Virus record (IMG/VR): IMGVR_UViG_3300046837_000247
Location: 1-53,651 of that record
Reading direction: 5' to 3' (one strand)
DNA: 53,651 nt
From: a virus
Taxonomy: Duplodnaviria > Caudoviricetes
Position 1 is the stretch's first letter, and every line of letters begins with the position of its first letter. Below the pieces are notes generated by a model that saw only the letters and a list, made by a program, of their open reading frames with translations, was not told the origin of the DNA and ran no database searches. Made by a program: the position numbers and the translations under genes. Shown one piece after another: positions 38,625 to 46,989 of the stretch.

Positions 38625-39524
38625 ATGACGCTAGCCATACCGTGGGCGCTGGATGGCCCCTCAACAGACGCACAGGTGGCCCGCCTAGCCATGGGCTCGC
38701 TAATCAGCGCAGCGGGTGGCGTAGTCACGGCGGGAGCCATGGAAGTGAAACAGAAGGGCACGCCGGACATGCACGTGCTCATCGCGGGTGGCACGGTGGC
38801 AGAAGGCGGTGCGTGGGTGCCGGGCACGGTCACGACCACCCAAGGCCCGTTCTTCGCCTACAACAACGCGAACGTTGAACTAGCCATCGTGGCCGCGGGC
38901 GCCACCAACCCGCGAGTGGACACGATCATCGTCCGCGTCTACGACGACGCCACCGACAGCACGGGCAAATCGGAATCGAAATTCGAATCCCTCAAAGGTG
39001 CCGAAGAACCGGGCTGTACGCTGGAAAACCTGAAAGGCGTGGCGGCCGTGCCCAAATCCAGCCTCGTGCTGGGCTACGTGTTGGTCGAAGCAAAAGTGAC
39101 GAGCATCGTCACGGCCAAGATTCTGAACGTGGCGCGGCCCAGCGGAACAGGCGCTGGAGCATGGACTGCCATGGAATCCTTTGGGGCCAAATCAGAAGCT
39201 CTTAGTGGTGGTGTGACGCCCGGCGCGCGTATAGAGGGAGCGCGAATATTTCTAAGAGGAGTTATCGCCCCCCAAGTTGGGCAAACCCTCAAAAAGAACG
39301 ATGTTCTTTGCACCTTGCCAACGGGCCTACGGCCCCTAGAGGGCACTCAACAGCCCGCGGTATGTCGCGAAGGCGGGGGCGAAGGCGCCTCCTACTTGGC
39401 CCCAAGTGCAATTGTCATAGAAACTAACGGTAAAATCAGCTACGCAGGCAACCTAACCATCACACGTTCAGTCCTACCCGTGGGAACCATCTCGCTGGAT
39501 GCCATGAGCTTCAGGCTGTCGTAG
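38625..39524 (+). CDS. Minor tail protein with a lower-GC C-terminal tip
   Basis: TPDM.V....G.A.V.G...NPRVDTIIVRVYD; tip RIFLRG...TLPTGLRP. Confidence 0.75.
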   Translation: MTLAIPWALDGPSTDAQVARLAMGSLISAAGGVVTAGAMEVKQKGTPDMHVLIAGGTVAEGGAWVPGTVTTTQGPFFAYNNANVELAIVAAGATNPRVDTIIVRVYDDATDSTGKSESKFESLKGAEEPGCTLENLKGVAAVPKSSLVLGYVLVEAKVTSIVTAKILNVARPSGTGAGAWTAMESFGAKSEALSGGVTPGARIEGARIFLRGVIAPQVGQTLKKNDVLCTLPTGLRPLEGTQQPAVCREGGGEGASYLAPSAIVIETNGKISYAGNLTITRSVLPVGTISLDAMSFRLS

Positions 39525-39573
39525 GGGCTTGCCGTGATCGCCTACTCGATGTCTAGCCGGGTGTCTTAGTTGC

Positions 39574-39765
39574 ATGGCCCTCACTCGCCTCGACCGCGCA
39601 CTGCGCGTACTAAGCAAGAGCTTCTCTCCCGTGGCCAAATGGGTCGCGCTGATCGGGATCATCGTGGGCCTTACGATTGGCAAACCGGCCATCGCGTATT
39701 CATTCCTGGGCCTGCTTCTGGCCCCGGCCGTCATCGGCAGCAGAGAGCACGAGCCAAGCGAGTGA
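39574..39765 (+). CDS. Small two-TM membrane protein (holin-like)
   Basis: Two hydrophobic segments at the start of the lysis block. Confidence 0.5.
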   Translation: MALTRLDRALRVLSKSFSPVAKWVALIGIIVGLTIGKPAIAYSFLGLLLAPAVIGSREHEPSE

Positions 39766-39844
39766 AGACAGCCATCATTACCCTGTTCTTCGTCCTCTGG
39801 ATCGGCGGCACGATCCTGCTGGCCCTCTACCCGCCGCCGATGCC

Positions 39845-40246
39845 ATGAGCCCCCGCGAGTGGAAGGCCGTAGCGCTGGCATCGCTGGCCCTGTGGATAGG
39901 GTCGGCCGGCGTGTTCATCTGGCAGGGCACGCTGATCTCCTACAACACGGACAAGGCCAACCGTGCGGCGGCGCTGGCCGTCCGCACAGCCGGGCAGCTG
40001 GCCGGGCACGACCGCGGGGACAAACTAGCCATCTACGCGACCGACTATCGCATCTGCATCCGCCAGATGGAGGTGCGGGCGTCGATCATAATTCACGTCC
40101 GGGCTAGCAACGGCACCCTAGACCGCTTCCTGCCGATCTTCGACTGCACGCCAGACCTAGCCGGCCAAGAGGCGCGCCGGCTCTCTGCCACAGAAGAAGC
40201 GGCCTACATCAAGCACTTCGACCACCATGCGGCGTTGGCGCCGTGA
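39845..40246 (+). CDS. Membrane-anchored protein
   Basis: MSPREWKAVALASLALWIGSAGVFIW TM; Cys pair in the soluble part. Confidence 0.55.
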   Translation: MSPREWKAVALASLALWIGSAGVFIWQGTLISYNTDKANRAAALAVRTAGQLAGHDRGDKLAIYATDYRICIRQMEVRASIIIHVRASNGTLDRFLPIFDCTPDLAGQEARRLSATEEAAYIKHFDHHAALAP

Positions 40247-40590
40247 TCGCGTTTCTATCCCACGTGCCGTTCACCGAAGCCTGGACCGAAGTCCTGGCGC
40301 TGCTGGGCCTTGTGACGCTGCTGGGCGGCCTGTTCAAGCACCTCGAATGCCATCGCGCCGGCTGCCATCGCTGGGGCCGCTACCCGCACGGGCACTTCAA
40401 ACTGTGCCGGCTGCACCACCCCCAAGTGCCTAACGACGGGAAGGTGCGGGCCGAGCACATAGCCGCCGTGGCCAAGCACGAGGATCGCGTCATGGACCGC
40501 GTGGACAAGGTGGGCAAATCGGTGCGCGATCTACACGACGTGCCGCCGCAGCCACCGCCCTCGAGCCGGTCCGGCAAGGCCGTGGAATAG
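40243..40590 (+). CDS. Membrane protein with His/Cys cluster
   Basis: One TM then HLECHRAGC.RWG...CRLHHP. Confidence 0.6.
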   Translation: MIAFLSHVPFTEAWTEVLALLGLVTLLGGLFKHLECHRAGCHRWGRYPHGHFKLCRLHHPQVPNDGKVRAEHIAAVAKHEDRVMDRVDKVGKSVRDLHDVPPQPPPSSRSGKAVE

Positions 40591-40600
40591 GCGGTAGCCT

Positions 40601-41470
40601 ATGAGAAGGATGCGCGCAGCCCTCGTAGTGCTGTTGGGCGCCGCCCTCTTGGCTGGCTGTGGGGGCGGCAAGGCGACGCCGCAGCCCAAGCCAGCCTGCC
40701 CGCCTGGGCAGGTTGCGATCCCCAGCCACGGCTGCCTGCCCGTCCAGGTGCCCGGTCCCGGTGGCTCTGGCGTCAGGCCCGAAGGTGCGCCAGCGGTGCC
40801 ACGCGGCGCGGTGCCACGCACGGTAGCCGGGCTGGCTGTCTCGACGCGCGGGGTGCTGTTCGTCGCCGGCTTCGAGGGCTTCTCGAGCTGCCCGTATTGG
40901 GATCCCTACGGGCGTGTCTCCACCCGCGGCTACGGCGAAACCGACTTCGGCGACACGTTCGGCGGCCGGTGCATCAGCAGGTCCTTCGGGCTGGCCAATC
41001 TACGCAACCTGCTCAACCGCAACTACCTCTACCCCATCCGGCAGATAGGCGGCAGCTACAACCAGTGCATGGTCGACGCCATGGGCTCCGCGTCCTACAA
41101 CCTAGGGCCAGGTATCATCTTCTCGCTCGCCGGCAGCTTCCGGGCGCACAACGCCTACCCGCTGCTGGGGTATGTCCATGCCGGTGGGGTCACGCTGCCG
41201 GGCCTAGTGCGGCGCAGGCACGCCGAGGTGGCGCTGTTCTACAGCCACGGCTGCACACCGCCGGCACCCGAGAGCAGGGCGCACAAGCGGCTGCGGTTAT
41301 ACGCGGCCTACAGGCGCCGCTCGACGCTGCGGTATGCGCTGGCCCACTACGGCTGCCGGCAGCGCGTCAAGCACCGCCAGCGGGTAGGCCCTACCTGCCG
41401 TCGGTGGTTCGCCGAAGGACGGGCACGCAACCACGAAATCGCGCAACTGCACCGAGAAGGGATCACGTGA
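40601..41470 (+). CDS. GH24-type lysozyme (endolysin) with lipoprotein signal
   Basis: Lipobox LLAGC; FEGFSSCPYWD...TRGYG; YNLG; LPGLVRRRHAE. Confidence 0.85.
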   Translation: MRRMRAALVVLLGAALLAGCGGGKATPQPKPACPPGQVAIPSHGCLPVQVPGPGGSGVRPEGAPAVPRGAVPRTVAGLAVSTRGVLFVAGFEGFSSCPYWDPYGRVSTRGYGETDFGDTFGGRCISRSFGLANLRNLLNRNYLYPIRQIGGSYNQCMVDAMGSASYNLGPGIIFSLAGSFRAHNAYPLLGYVHAGGVTLPGLVRRRHAEVALFYSHGCTPPAPESRAHKRLRLYAAYRRRSTLRYALAHYGCRQRVKHRQRVGPTCRRWFAEGRARNHEIAQLHREGIT

Positions 41471-41967
41471 GCGCAACCGCACTACAGCACGCTGAATGGG
41501 CGCACAATGCGGCCGACCACCTCGCAGGGCAGCTCGAGCCCTACGTCTTGGGTGGAGGCCACGGTGTGGCCGCTGTCGCGGGCTACCTGCCGCCGACACG
41601 TGGCATCGAACCGGCACGCAACCCCGTGGCCGGCTTTGACTGCTCGGGGTGGGTCAGTTCGATCCTGTGGCACGCTGGTCTGCTCGGGCACGCCGAGGCA
41701 ATCGCCACGCAGGGCTTCGAGGCCTGGGGGCTGCCCGGCATAGGCGAGCATGTAACCGTTTGGGTCCACGACGACCCGACCCCCAACGAAGGACTGCACC
41801 ACTGCTTCGCGCACCTCTACGTGGCCGGACGCCCGCACGTCTGGACGGCCGCTACGCACACCGGCACGATCTGCGGGTGGCAAGACCAGTGGGGCGATTG
41901 GATCACGGCGGGATACACGCCGCGGCGCCCCGACCCGGCAAGGTTCACAGGGAGGCAGTTCGCATGA
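41467..41967 (+). CDS. NlpC/P60-like cell-wall peptidase
   Basis: PYVLGGGH...FDCSGWVS..L..AG.L...WG.PG.G..VTV...H. Confidence 0.8.
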   Translation: MSATALQHAEWAHNAADHLAGQLEPYVLGGGHGVAAVAGYLPPTRGIEPARNPVAGFDCSGWVSSILWHAGLLGHAEAIATQGFEAWGLPGIGEHVTVWVHDDPTPNEGLHHCFAHLYVAGRPHVWTAATHTGTICGWQDQWGDWITAGYTPRRPDPARFTGRQFA

Positions 41968-43277
41968 GCACCGTAGACCTCAGCACCGAACAGTGGGCGC
42001 GCGTGATTGCCGCTGTGACCGGCGGGCCGGACCTAAGCCCGACCGTCGCCACCGATGCGGCAATCCTTGCAGTCCTGCAGTCGACACAGCCGCCACCTCC
42101 ACCGCCACCACCCCCGCCGGCCTCCCAGCTGACGTTCGGGCTGGACGGCAAAGGCGGCGCCGTAGTCTCCTCGGCACCTGCCGGCACCGTGACCATCGAG
42201 CCTGCGTGGAGCAGGACGACGAAACCCGAAGCGGGCGACACGATCTACTCGCAGGCGGCCGAATGGGTGCCGCCAACGGCAACGATCCTGCCGAAGCCCG
42301 GCTACCCAGTCATTGGCGGCCGGGCGCGCGACGCGGCCGGCAAAGTGATCGGCTCGCCGACGTGGGCGCCACGGCTGCTAGTCGGCGAACCGGCGCCCCC
42401 GCCGCCGCCACCTCCGCCGCCACCTCCGCCGCCACCCTCTTCGCTGGTAGTGGCTGCGGACACCTACCAGCTAGCGCCGACATCCGAAAAGAACGGGATC
42501 AAGGCCGGCCCCGATATCGCCGCCTGCGTGACGGCTGTGCGGATGTGCGGCACCTCGCGGGGCTCGACGGCGGGGCTACCCAACTCAGCCCTGACGGCCT
42601 GGCAGAAACAGGGCTGCGGTGTCATCATCACCGACTTCAACGGCGGCATGACGGTCGCGAGCATCCCGGTGGGCACCTGGACGGGGCGGTTTGTGGAACG
42701 TCAGCTGGCGGGCCCGCTCGCGATCGAGGAGGGCAACGAGCTGTACGAACCGCCGTGGGGTCCGAATCAGACAGCACAGGCCGCGATCGACGCCTACTTC
42801 GCCCGTCTGGAAGCGACGCGTGTGGCGATGGACAAAGCCTACGGCCGTGGCAACTATGCACCGCTGCTGGCCTGCTGCCAGGGCAGCGAGAAAATGGGCT
42901 GGACGAACGCGCTCGCCGCGAAAGGGCTCAAAGACGTGGTTGACGGCGCGGTCGTCCACTGCTACCCCAAAGAATCCCAGACCGAAACGACCGGCGCCAG
43001 CCTGAGCTTCGAGCGGGCAGGGGAAGTCCACAACGCGACGGGCCTGCCGATCTGGATCACGGAGTTCTGTCCGCCCAGCCCCGGCAAGTTCACGCTCGCC
43101 AACCAAGCCAGCGATACAGCGGCGTTCGTCGAAAAATGCCGCGCCACGAGCTGGATCCACGGCTGCTCCTACTTCGCCTACGAGGAACGCAAAGAGGGCA
43201 CCTACGGCTTCGGGCTGGTCGACGAAAGCTGGAAACACAAGCCGGTCTACGCGGCCCTACAGGCTGCGGCGAAATAG
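41964..43277 (+). CDS. Clan GH-A-like glycoside hydrolase with poly-Pro linkers
   Basis: IEEGNE, VHCY, PIWITEF, FGLVD...KP.Y; two Pro runs. Confidence 0.8.
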   Translation: MSTVDLSTEQWARVIAAVTGGPDLSPTVATDAAILAVLQSTQPPPPPPPPPPASQLTFGLDGKGGAVVSSAPAGTVTIEPAWSRTTKPEAGDTIYSQAAEWVPPTATILPKPGYPVIGGRARDAAGKVIGSPTWAPRLLVGEPAPPPPPPPPPPPPPPSSLVVAADTYQLAPTSEKNGIKAGPDIAACVTAVRMCGTSRGSTAGLPNSALTAWQKQGCGVIITDFNGGMTVASIPVGTWTGRFVERQLAGPLAIEEGNELYEPPWGPNQTAQAAIDAYFARLEATRVAMDKAYGRGNYAPLLACCQGSEKMGWTNALAAKGLKDVVDGAVVHCYPKESQTETTGASLSFERAGEVHNATGLPIWITEFCPPSPGKFTLANQASDTAAFVEKCRATSWIHGCSYFAYEERKEGTYGFGLVDESWKHKPVYAALQAAAK

Positions 43278-43286
43278 GAGGAACCA

Positions 43287-43508
43287 ATGCAGACATCGGT
43301 ACAAATCGGGATCACAACCGTCATCGGCTGGCTGACAGCCGGGCTGGCGGCAATCCCTGTGGTCATCACGATCCTTGAAGAAGGCAACGCGGCGGTCGCG
43401 ATCAATGGGCCGACGAAATGGGCGGCGATCCTGTCAGTCGTGTCGTTCGCGATCACGCAGATAGGCCGCTACTTCCAGGCGCACGCGCAGATCAAGTCCA
43501 GCAAGTGA
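43287..43508 (+). CDS. Holin-like two-TM protein
   Basis: 73 aa, two TM helices, basic C-terminus. Confidence 0.6.
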   Translation: MQTSVQIGITTVIGWLTAGLAAIPVVITILEEGNAAVAINGPTKWAAILSVVSFAITQIGRYFQAHAQIKSSK

Positions 43509-44377
43509 GCCGCTCCTACGGGCGCACGCCCAAGACACCCGACCCCCGCGACTTCCTGCTCGGGGACCACCTAGCGGGCATCGACCCCGTGCAGGCCGTT
43601 GCGGGCGCAACCTTCGGCCACGGCAACACCTACGCCAACTGGCGCATGAACGGCAACGGGCCGGTGCAGCCGGGCGAAGCGCTACCGGCCAAGTGGAAGG
43701 CCGCCAAGGAAGGCGCAGGCGACTGCGTGTATGCCGCCTGGGTCAACGAGGTGAAGGAGGCACTGACGGACGCCGGCATGGACCCAGCTGCGGCCGAGGC
43801 CAAGGTAGGCAACGCCGAGACGGCGATCCGCGCCTACATGAGCACCGGCTACAACCCCTCGACGGGCGCCCACGACGACGGAGCTGAAGTGCGCGACCGC
43901 CTGAAGCGTGCGCAGAAGACCGGGCTGACCCTGGCCGACAAAACCGTGCACAAGATCGGCATGTATGTGGCGGTCGACTACACAAACCTCGACCACCTGC
44001 TGTTCGCACTCAAGTATTTCGAGGGGCTGCCCATCGGCTGCGCGGTCCTGAACGCCAACGAGGAAGCCTTCGGGGAGGCGGAAGGCAAGCTCGACCCGGA
44101 AGGCCACCCGCTGGCGGCCGTGTGGGACGACGAACCGAACGGCGAGGTCGTGGCCCTGCATTGCATCCCGCTCGTGGGCCGGCCGGACAGCACGCACATC
44201 GCCGCGCTCACGTGGGGGCGGCGCGTGTTCCTGACGCCGGCCTACATGGCCAAGCGTGTCGAAGAGGTCTGGGCGTACCTGAGCGCAGACCGCATCAGCG
44301 CCGTGACGGGCAAGAGCTACGAGGGTGCTAGCGAAGCGGTGCTGGCCGAATACATCCAGAAGGTAGTGGCGATGTGA
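43505..44377 (+). CDS. Papain-like cysteine peptidase
   Basis: MNGN...GDCVYAA (Cys), HCIPLVG (His), LTWG. Confidence 0.7.
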   Translation: MSRSYGRTPKTPDPRDFLLGDHLAGIDPVQAVAGATFGHGNTYANWRMNGNGPVQPGEALPAKWKAAKEGAGDCVYAAWVNEVKEALTDAGMDPAAAEAKVGNAETAIRAYMSTGYNPSTGAHDDGAEVRDRLKRAQKTGLTLADKTVHKIGMYVAVDYTNLDHLLFALKYFEGLPIGCAVLNANEEAFGEAEGKLDPEGHPLAAVWDDEPNGEVVALHCIPLVGRPDSTHIAALTWGRRVFLTPAYMAKRVEEVWAYLSADRISAVTGKSYEGASEAVLAEYIQKVVAM

Positions 44378-45471
44378 AGGCCTACGGATGCGGCTTCGAC
44401 GGGCACTACGAGCTAGGGCAGGGCTGGCCGCGCAAAGCCATGGAAGGCCAGGCGAAGCTCAAATGGACGCTAATCCCGAACCTCGGCTCCGATAACGCCT
44501 GGTGCCACACGCTGTCGTTCTCATCGCTGTTCCTGAAGCAAGGAGCCGTGACGCTGACCGACGCCCGCCCTAACACCGTCTATGCGCTCGGGACAACGCT
44601 GGCCGGACATCTGCTGCTGGGCTGGAAAGACCAGTCGGCGGTATGGTTCCCGTCCAGAACGCTGCTCCCGCCATGCGCGCAGATCGCCGGCACCTGCAAC
44701 CATCCCGTGCATCTGACACTCGACGGGCGGATCGTCACCGGCGGCCCGAACGCCGAAGGGACGTTAGCCAACGGCGAAAGAGGCACCCGTGAAGAACCGA
44801 AAGCAGTTTCCGTGCCGGTGTTCCCCGACCTGTCCGCCTTCGCCGGCAAACGGGTAATCGCAGTCGACGGGGGCTACGGCCACTGCGGCTGCCTTTTCGA
44901 TGACGGGACCACCGCCGGCTGGGGGGAGAACGCCTCATCCCAGGTCGGGGACGGCACGCTGACCGACCGGCTGGTGGTCACGCAGACGATCGCCACGGAA
45001 GTCGTCGCCTTTGCGTGCCTGTGGAACGCAAAGCTCTACCTGAAAGCTGACGGGCGGGTTTCGATGGTCGGCAACAACAATCAGAACCAGTCTGCCGGCG
45101 CCGCCCCTGCAATCGCCCATTCGATCAAGCAGCCGTTACTGATCCCTGGCCTTGAAGGGATCATCGCTGTCGCCGGGGCAGGCGGACGTGCTCTAGCCGT
45201 CGACGTGAACGGCGACCTGTTCATGTGGGGTGCCGACGAACCCGGTCCGCCGCGGAAGGTGCTCGATCAGGTGTCTGCGATCAGCGCCGGCTGCTACCAG
45301 TGGGCCACAACATGCCTCGCCGTCCGCGACGGGGAAGTCTGGGCACAAGGCCGCGCGAACTATGGGCAGATTGGAGATGGCACGCGCGACGATAAAGAGG
45401 CGTTCGTGCCTACAGGCTTCGGGGCGTCTGTCATCAGCGCCGGGGAAACGCATAGCCTGGCGCTGGCCTAG
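44374..45471 (+). CDS. RCC1/BLIP-II-like beta-propeller repeat protein
   Basis: Repeats WGEN..SQVGDGT.TDR, G..NYGQIGDGT..D, ISAGETHSLAL. Confidence 0.85.
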   Translation: MKAYGCGFDGHYELGQGWPRKAMEGQAKLKWTLIPNLGSDNAWCHTLSFSSLFLKQGAVTLTDARPNTVYALGTTLAGHLLLGWKDQSAVWFPSRTLLPPCAQIAGTCNHPVHLTLDGRIVTGGPNAEGTLANGERGTREEPKAVSVPVFPDLSAFAGKRVIAVDGGYGHCGCLFDDGTTAGWGENASSQVGDGTLTDRLVVTQTIATEVVAFACLWNAKLYLKADGRVSMVGNNNQNQSAGAAPAIAHSIKQPLLIPGLEGIIAVAGAGGRALAVDVNGDLFMWGADEPGPPRKVLDQVSAISAGCYQWATTCLAVRDGEVWAQGRANYGQIGDGTRDDKEAFVPTGFGASVISAGETHSLALA

Positions 45472-45475
45472 CCGC

Positions 45476-45598
45476 TACACTCCCTCGCCAGCACCGCAGG
45501 ACCGCCCCGTAACGGGCGCAGCACGCTGGCCTAACGCCCGCGTGATCCTCGCCACAGGCCCCAACCTGATGGTGTTCCCCAGCGAAGGAGGAGAGCCC
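45476..45598 (+). promoter_or_regulatory. -10 TACACT and structured leader of about 110 nt
   Basis: Nested stems; two loops ending in TAAC; SD AAGGAGGA at 45585-92. Confidence 0.45.
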
Positions 45599-46066
45599 AT
45601 CAGACGGCTACTCGCCCTAGTTGTAGTTGCCCTGTCCATTCCTACCGCAGCGCTCGCAATGCCCGCCCACAGCAGTGTCTACCACGCCCACAGCCGGGGT
45701 TGCCTGACCCGCGCGTGCGATGGGCGCGTAGACCACTGGCTGCGCCGATGGCGGGAAGCACACCGCCCCAAGGTCACCGGCCCCGAATACGTGGGCATGG
45801 CTACCTACTACCAAACCGAAGGCTGCGACGCGAGCGGCGGCGGCGGCACGACCGCCATGGGCACGGCGCCCCACTTCGGCGAGGTCGCCAACAGCGTGCT
45901 GCCGCTAGGCACCCGCATCTGGGTGGAGCCGGCGATCAAAGGGCGCCACGAATTCCGCGTCGAGGACCGCTTCGGCGGGCAGCAGGAAGCCGGACGCCTA
46001 GACGTGTGGATCCACTGCGGCGAAGAAATCCCCAACCCGACAGAGCGGTTCCACGTGATCGGCTAG
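45599..46066 (+). CDS. Secreted 3D-domain (MltA-like) cell-wall enzyme, probable ATC start
   Basis: Signal peptide RRLLALVVVALSIPTAALA; ATYY...TAMG...VA...LPLGTRI...VEDRFGG...LDVW. Confidence 0.8.
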   Translation: MRRLLALVVVALSIPTAALAMPAHSSVYHAHSRGCLTRACDGRVDHWLRRWREAHRPKVTGPEYVGMATYYQTEGCDASGGGGTTAMGTAPHFGEVANSVLPLGTRIWVEPAIKGRHEFRVEDRFGGQQEAGRLDVWIHCGEEIPNPTERFHVIG

Positions 46067-46069
46067 GCC

Positions 46070-46300
46070 GGGACGAACGGGCACCGAGGGAGGCGCCCAA
46101 AGCATGGTGGCGGGCTGGCTAGGCGGCTGGCTCGCCACCTCCTAAGAGCAGAGAAGCGCATCGTCGCGCCGCAAGCCTTCTCGGCAGCACGCCCCTTCGG
46201 TCCCAACCACCCTGACGCGCCGCACGTCTCCTGAGGCCTGGCGAGGCTGACGACTGCGGGGCGTGAGCGCCGGGCGGCGCTAGGCCCGTGCTATGCGGTA
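46070..46300 (+). ncRNA. Candidate structured non-coding RNA
   Basis: No credible ORF; at least five stems including a 10-bp GGTGGCGGGC/GCTCGCCACC. Confidence 0.4.
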
Positions 46301-46351
46301 CGCTTTCGCTGGCTGCCACATACAGCCTCGGAGCATACACGCTCCCCCCAG

Positions 46352-46390
46352 CAAGCGCCCCGGCCCAGCGGTCCGGGGCGCTTGTGCTTT
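46352..46390 (+). terminator. Intrinsic terminator
   Basis: 12-bp stem CAAGCGCCCCGG/CCGGGGCGCTTG followed by TGCTTT. Confidence 0.75.
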
Positions 46391-46402
46391 AGGCTGTAGG
46401 CC

Positions 46403-46654
46403 ATGGAGGTCCCAGATCTGGCCGCACAGCAGCAGCAACTGCCGCCCAAGCAGATAGGCTTCCCGCCGCCGCCAGTCATGCATCTCGAGGTCGCCCCGGC
46501 CGGGCCGGGCCACGTGATGCTGAAGATGCTGGACCGCCAGCGCAACGAGCTGTATGCGATCCCGATGACGACCGGCTACGCCCGCGAACTTGGCAACGAA
46601 CTAATCGCGCCCAACGTCGTGCCAGCGAACGGGAACGGAACACCACCCGCATAG
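46403..46654 (+). CDS. Hypothetical protein
   Basis: Clean ORF after a TAGGCT -10-like box (possibly leaderless). Confidence 0.6.
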   Translation: MEVPDLAAQQQQLPPKQIGFPPPPVMHLEVAPAGPGHVMLKMLDRQRNELYAIPMTTGYARELGNELIAPNVVPANGNGTPPA

Positions 46655-46696
46655 TCGTGCTATATTCGTCGGGTAGCCCAAACCCGACGAAAGGAA
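46651..46696 (+). promoter_or_regulatory. Motif promoter C
   Basis: ATAGTCGTGCTATATT, then 8-bp stem TCGTCGGG/CCCGACGA around tagcccaaa, then AAAGGA. Confidence 0.75.
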
Positions 46697-46701
46697 ACAC
46701 G

Positions 46702-46977
46702 ATGGTAACCAAGGCACCAACGAAGGAAGCGCTTCGCCGCGACCGCGTTCTACTGGCCTTGCGCAAGCAGCCCGACCAGACTTGGCAGCAGTTGGCGGGG
46801 CCACTGGCCGACATGAAAGAAGACAGGCGTGTCGTCTGGGTATGGGAGGCAGAGAGGGATGGCTGGATCCGTAAGTCGGGCGGCGTGAAAAACGGCAGGG
46901 GTCGGCCGTCTAACACCTACCGCCTGACGCCCAAGGGCAGCAAGCGCGCCAGCGCGCTGGCCAAACGCGCGGCGTAG
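46702..46977 (+). CDS. Winged-helix DNA-binding protein
   Basis: RVLLALR...TWQQLA...GWIRK...GRGRPSNTYRLTPKG. Confidence 0.8.
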   Translation: MVTKAPTKEALRRDRVLLALRKQPDQTWQQLAGPLADMKEDRRVVWVWEAERDGWIRKSGGVKNGRGRPSNTYRLTPKGSKRASALAKRAA

Positions 46978-46989
46978 GCTATCCTGCGT

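Noticed and set aside
42090-42436. CCG/CCA/CCT tandem repeats
   Set aside because: They encode poly-Pro linkers with mixed codons and are not a DNA-level repeat element
6155-45471. Stop-codon reassignment
   Set aside because: Long genes are intact under code 11 and end in TAG, TGA and TAA alike
46070-46209. tRNA, tmRNA or Y RNA suggested by a stem ending in ACCA
   Set aside because: No T-loop (GTTCRA) or D-arm; kept only as a generic ncRNA candidate
46246-46310. CTGACGA resembling a hammerhead ribozyme core
   Set aside because: No downstream GAAA or compatible stems
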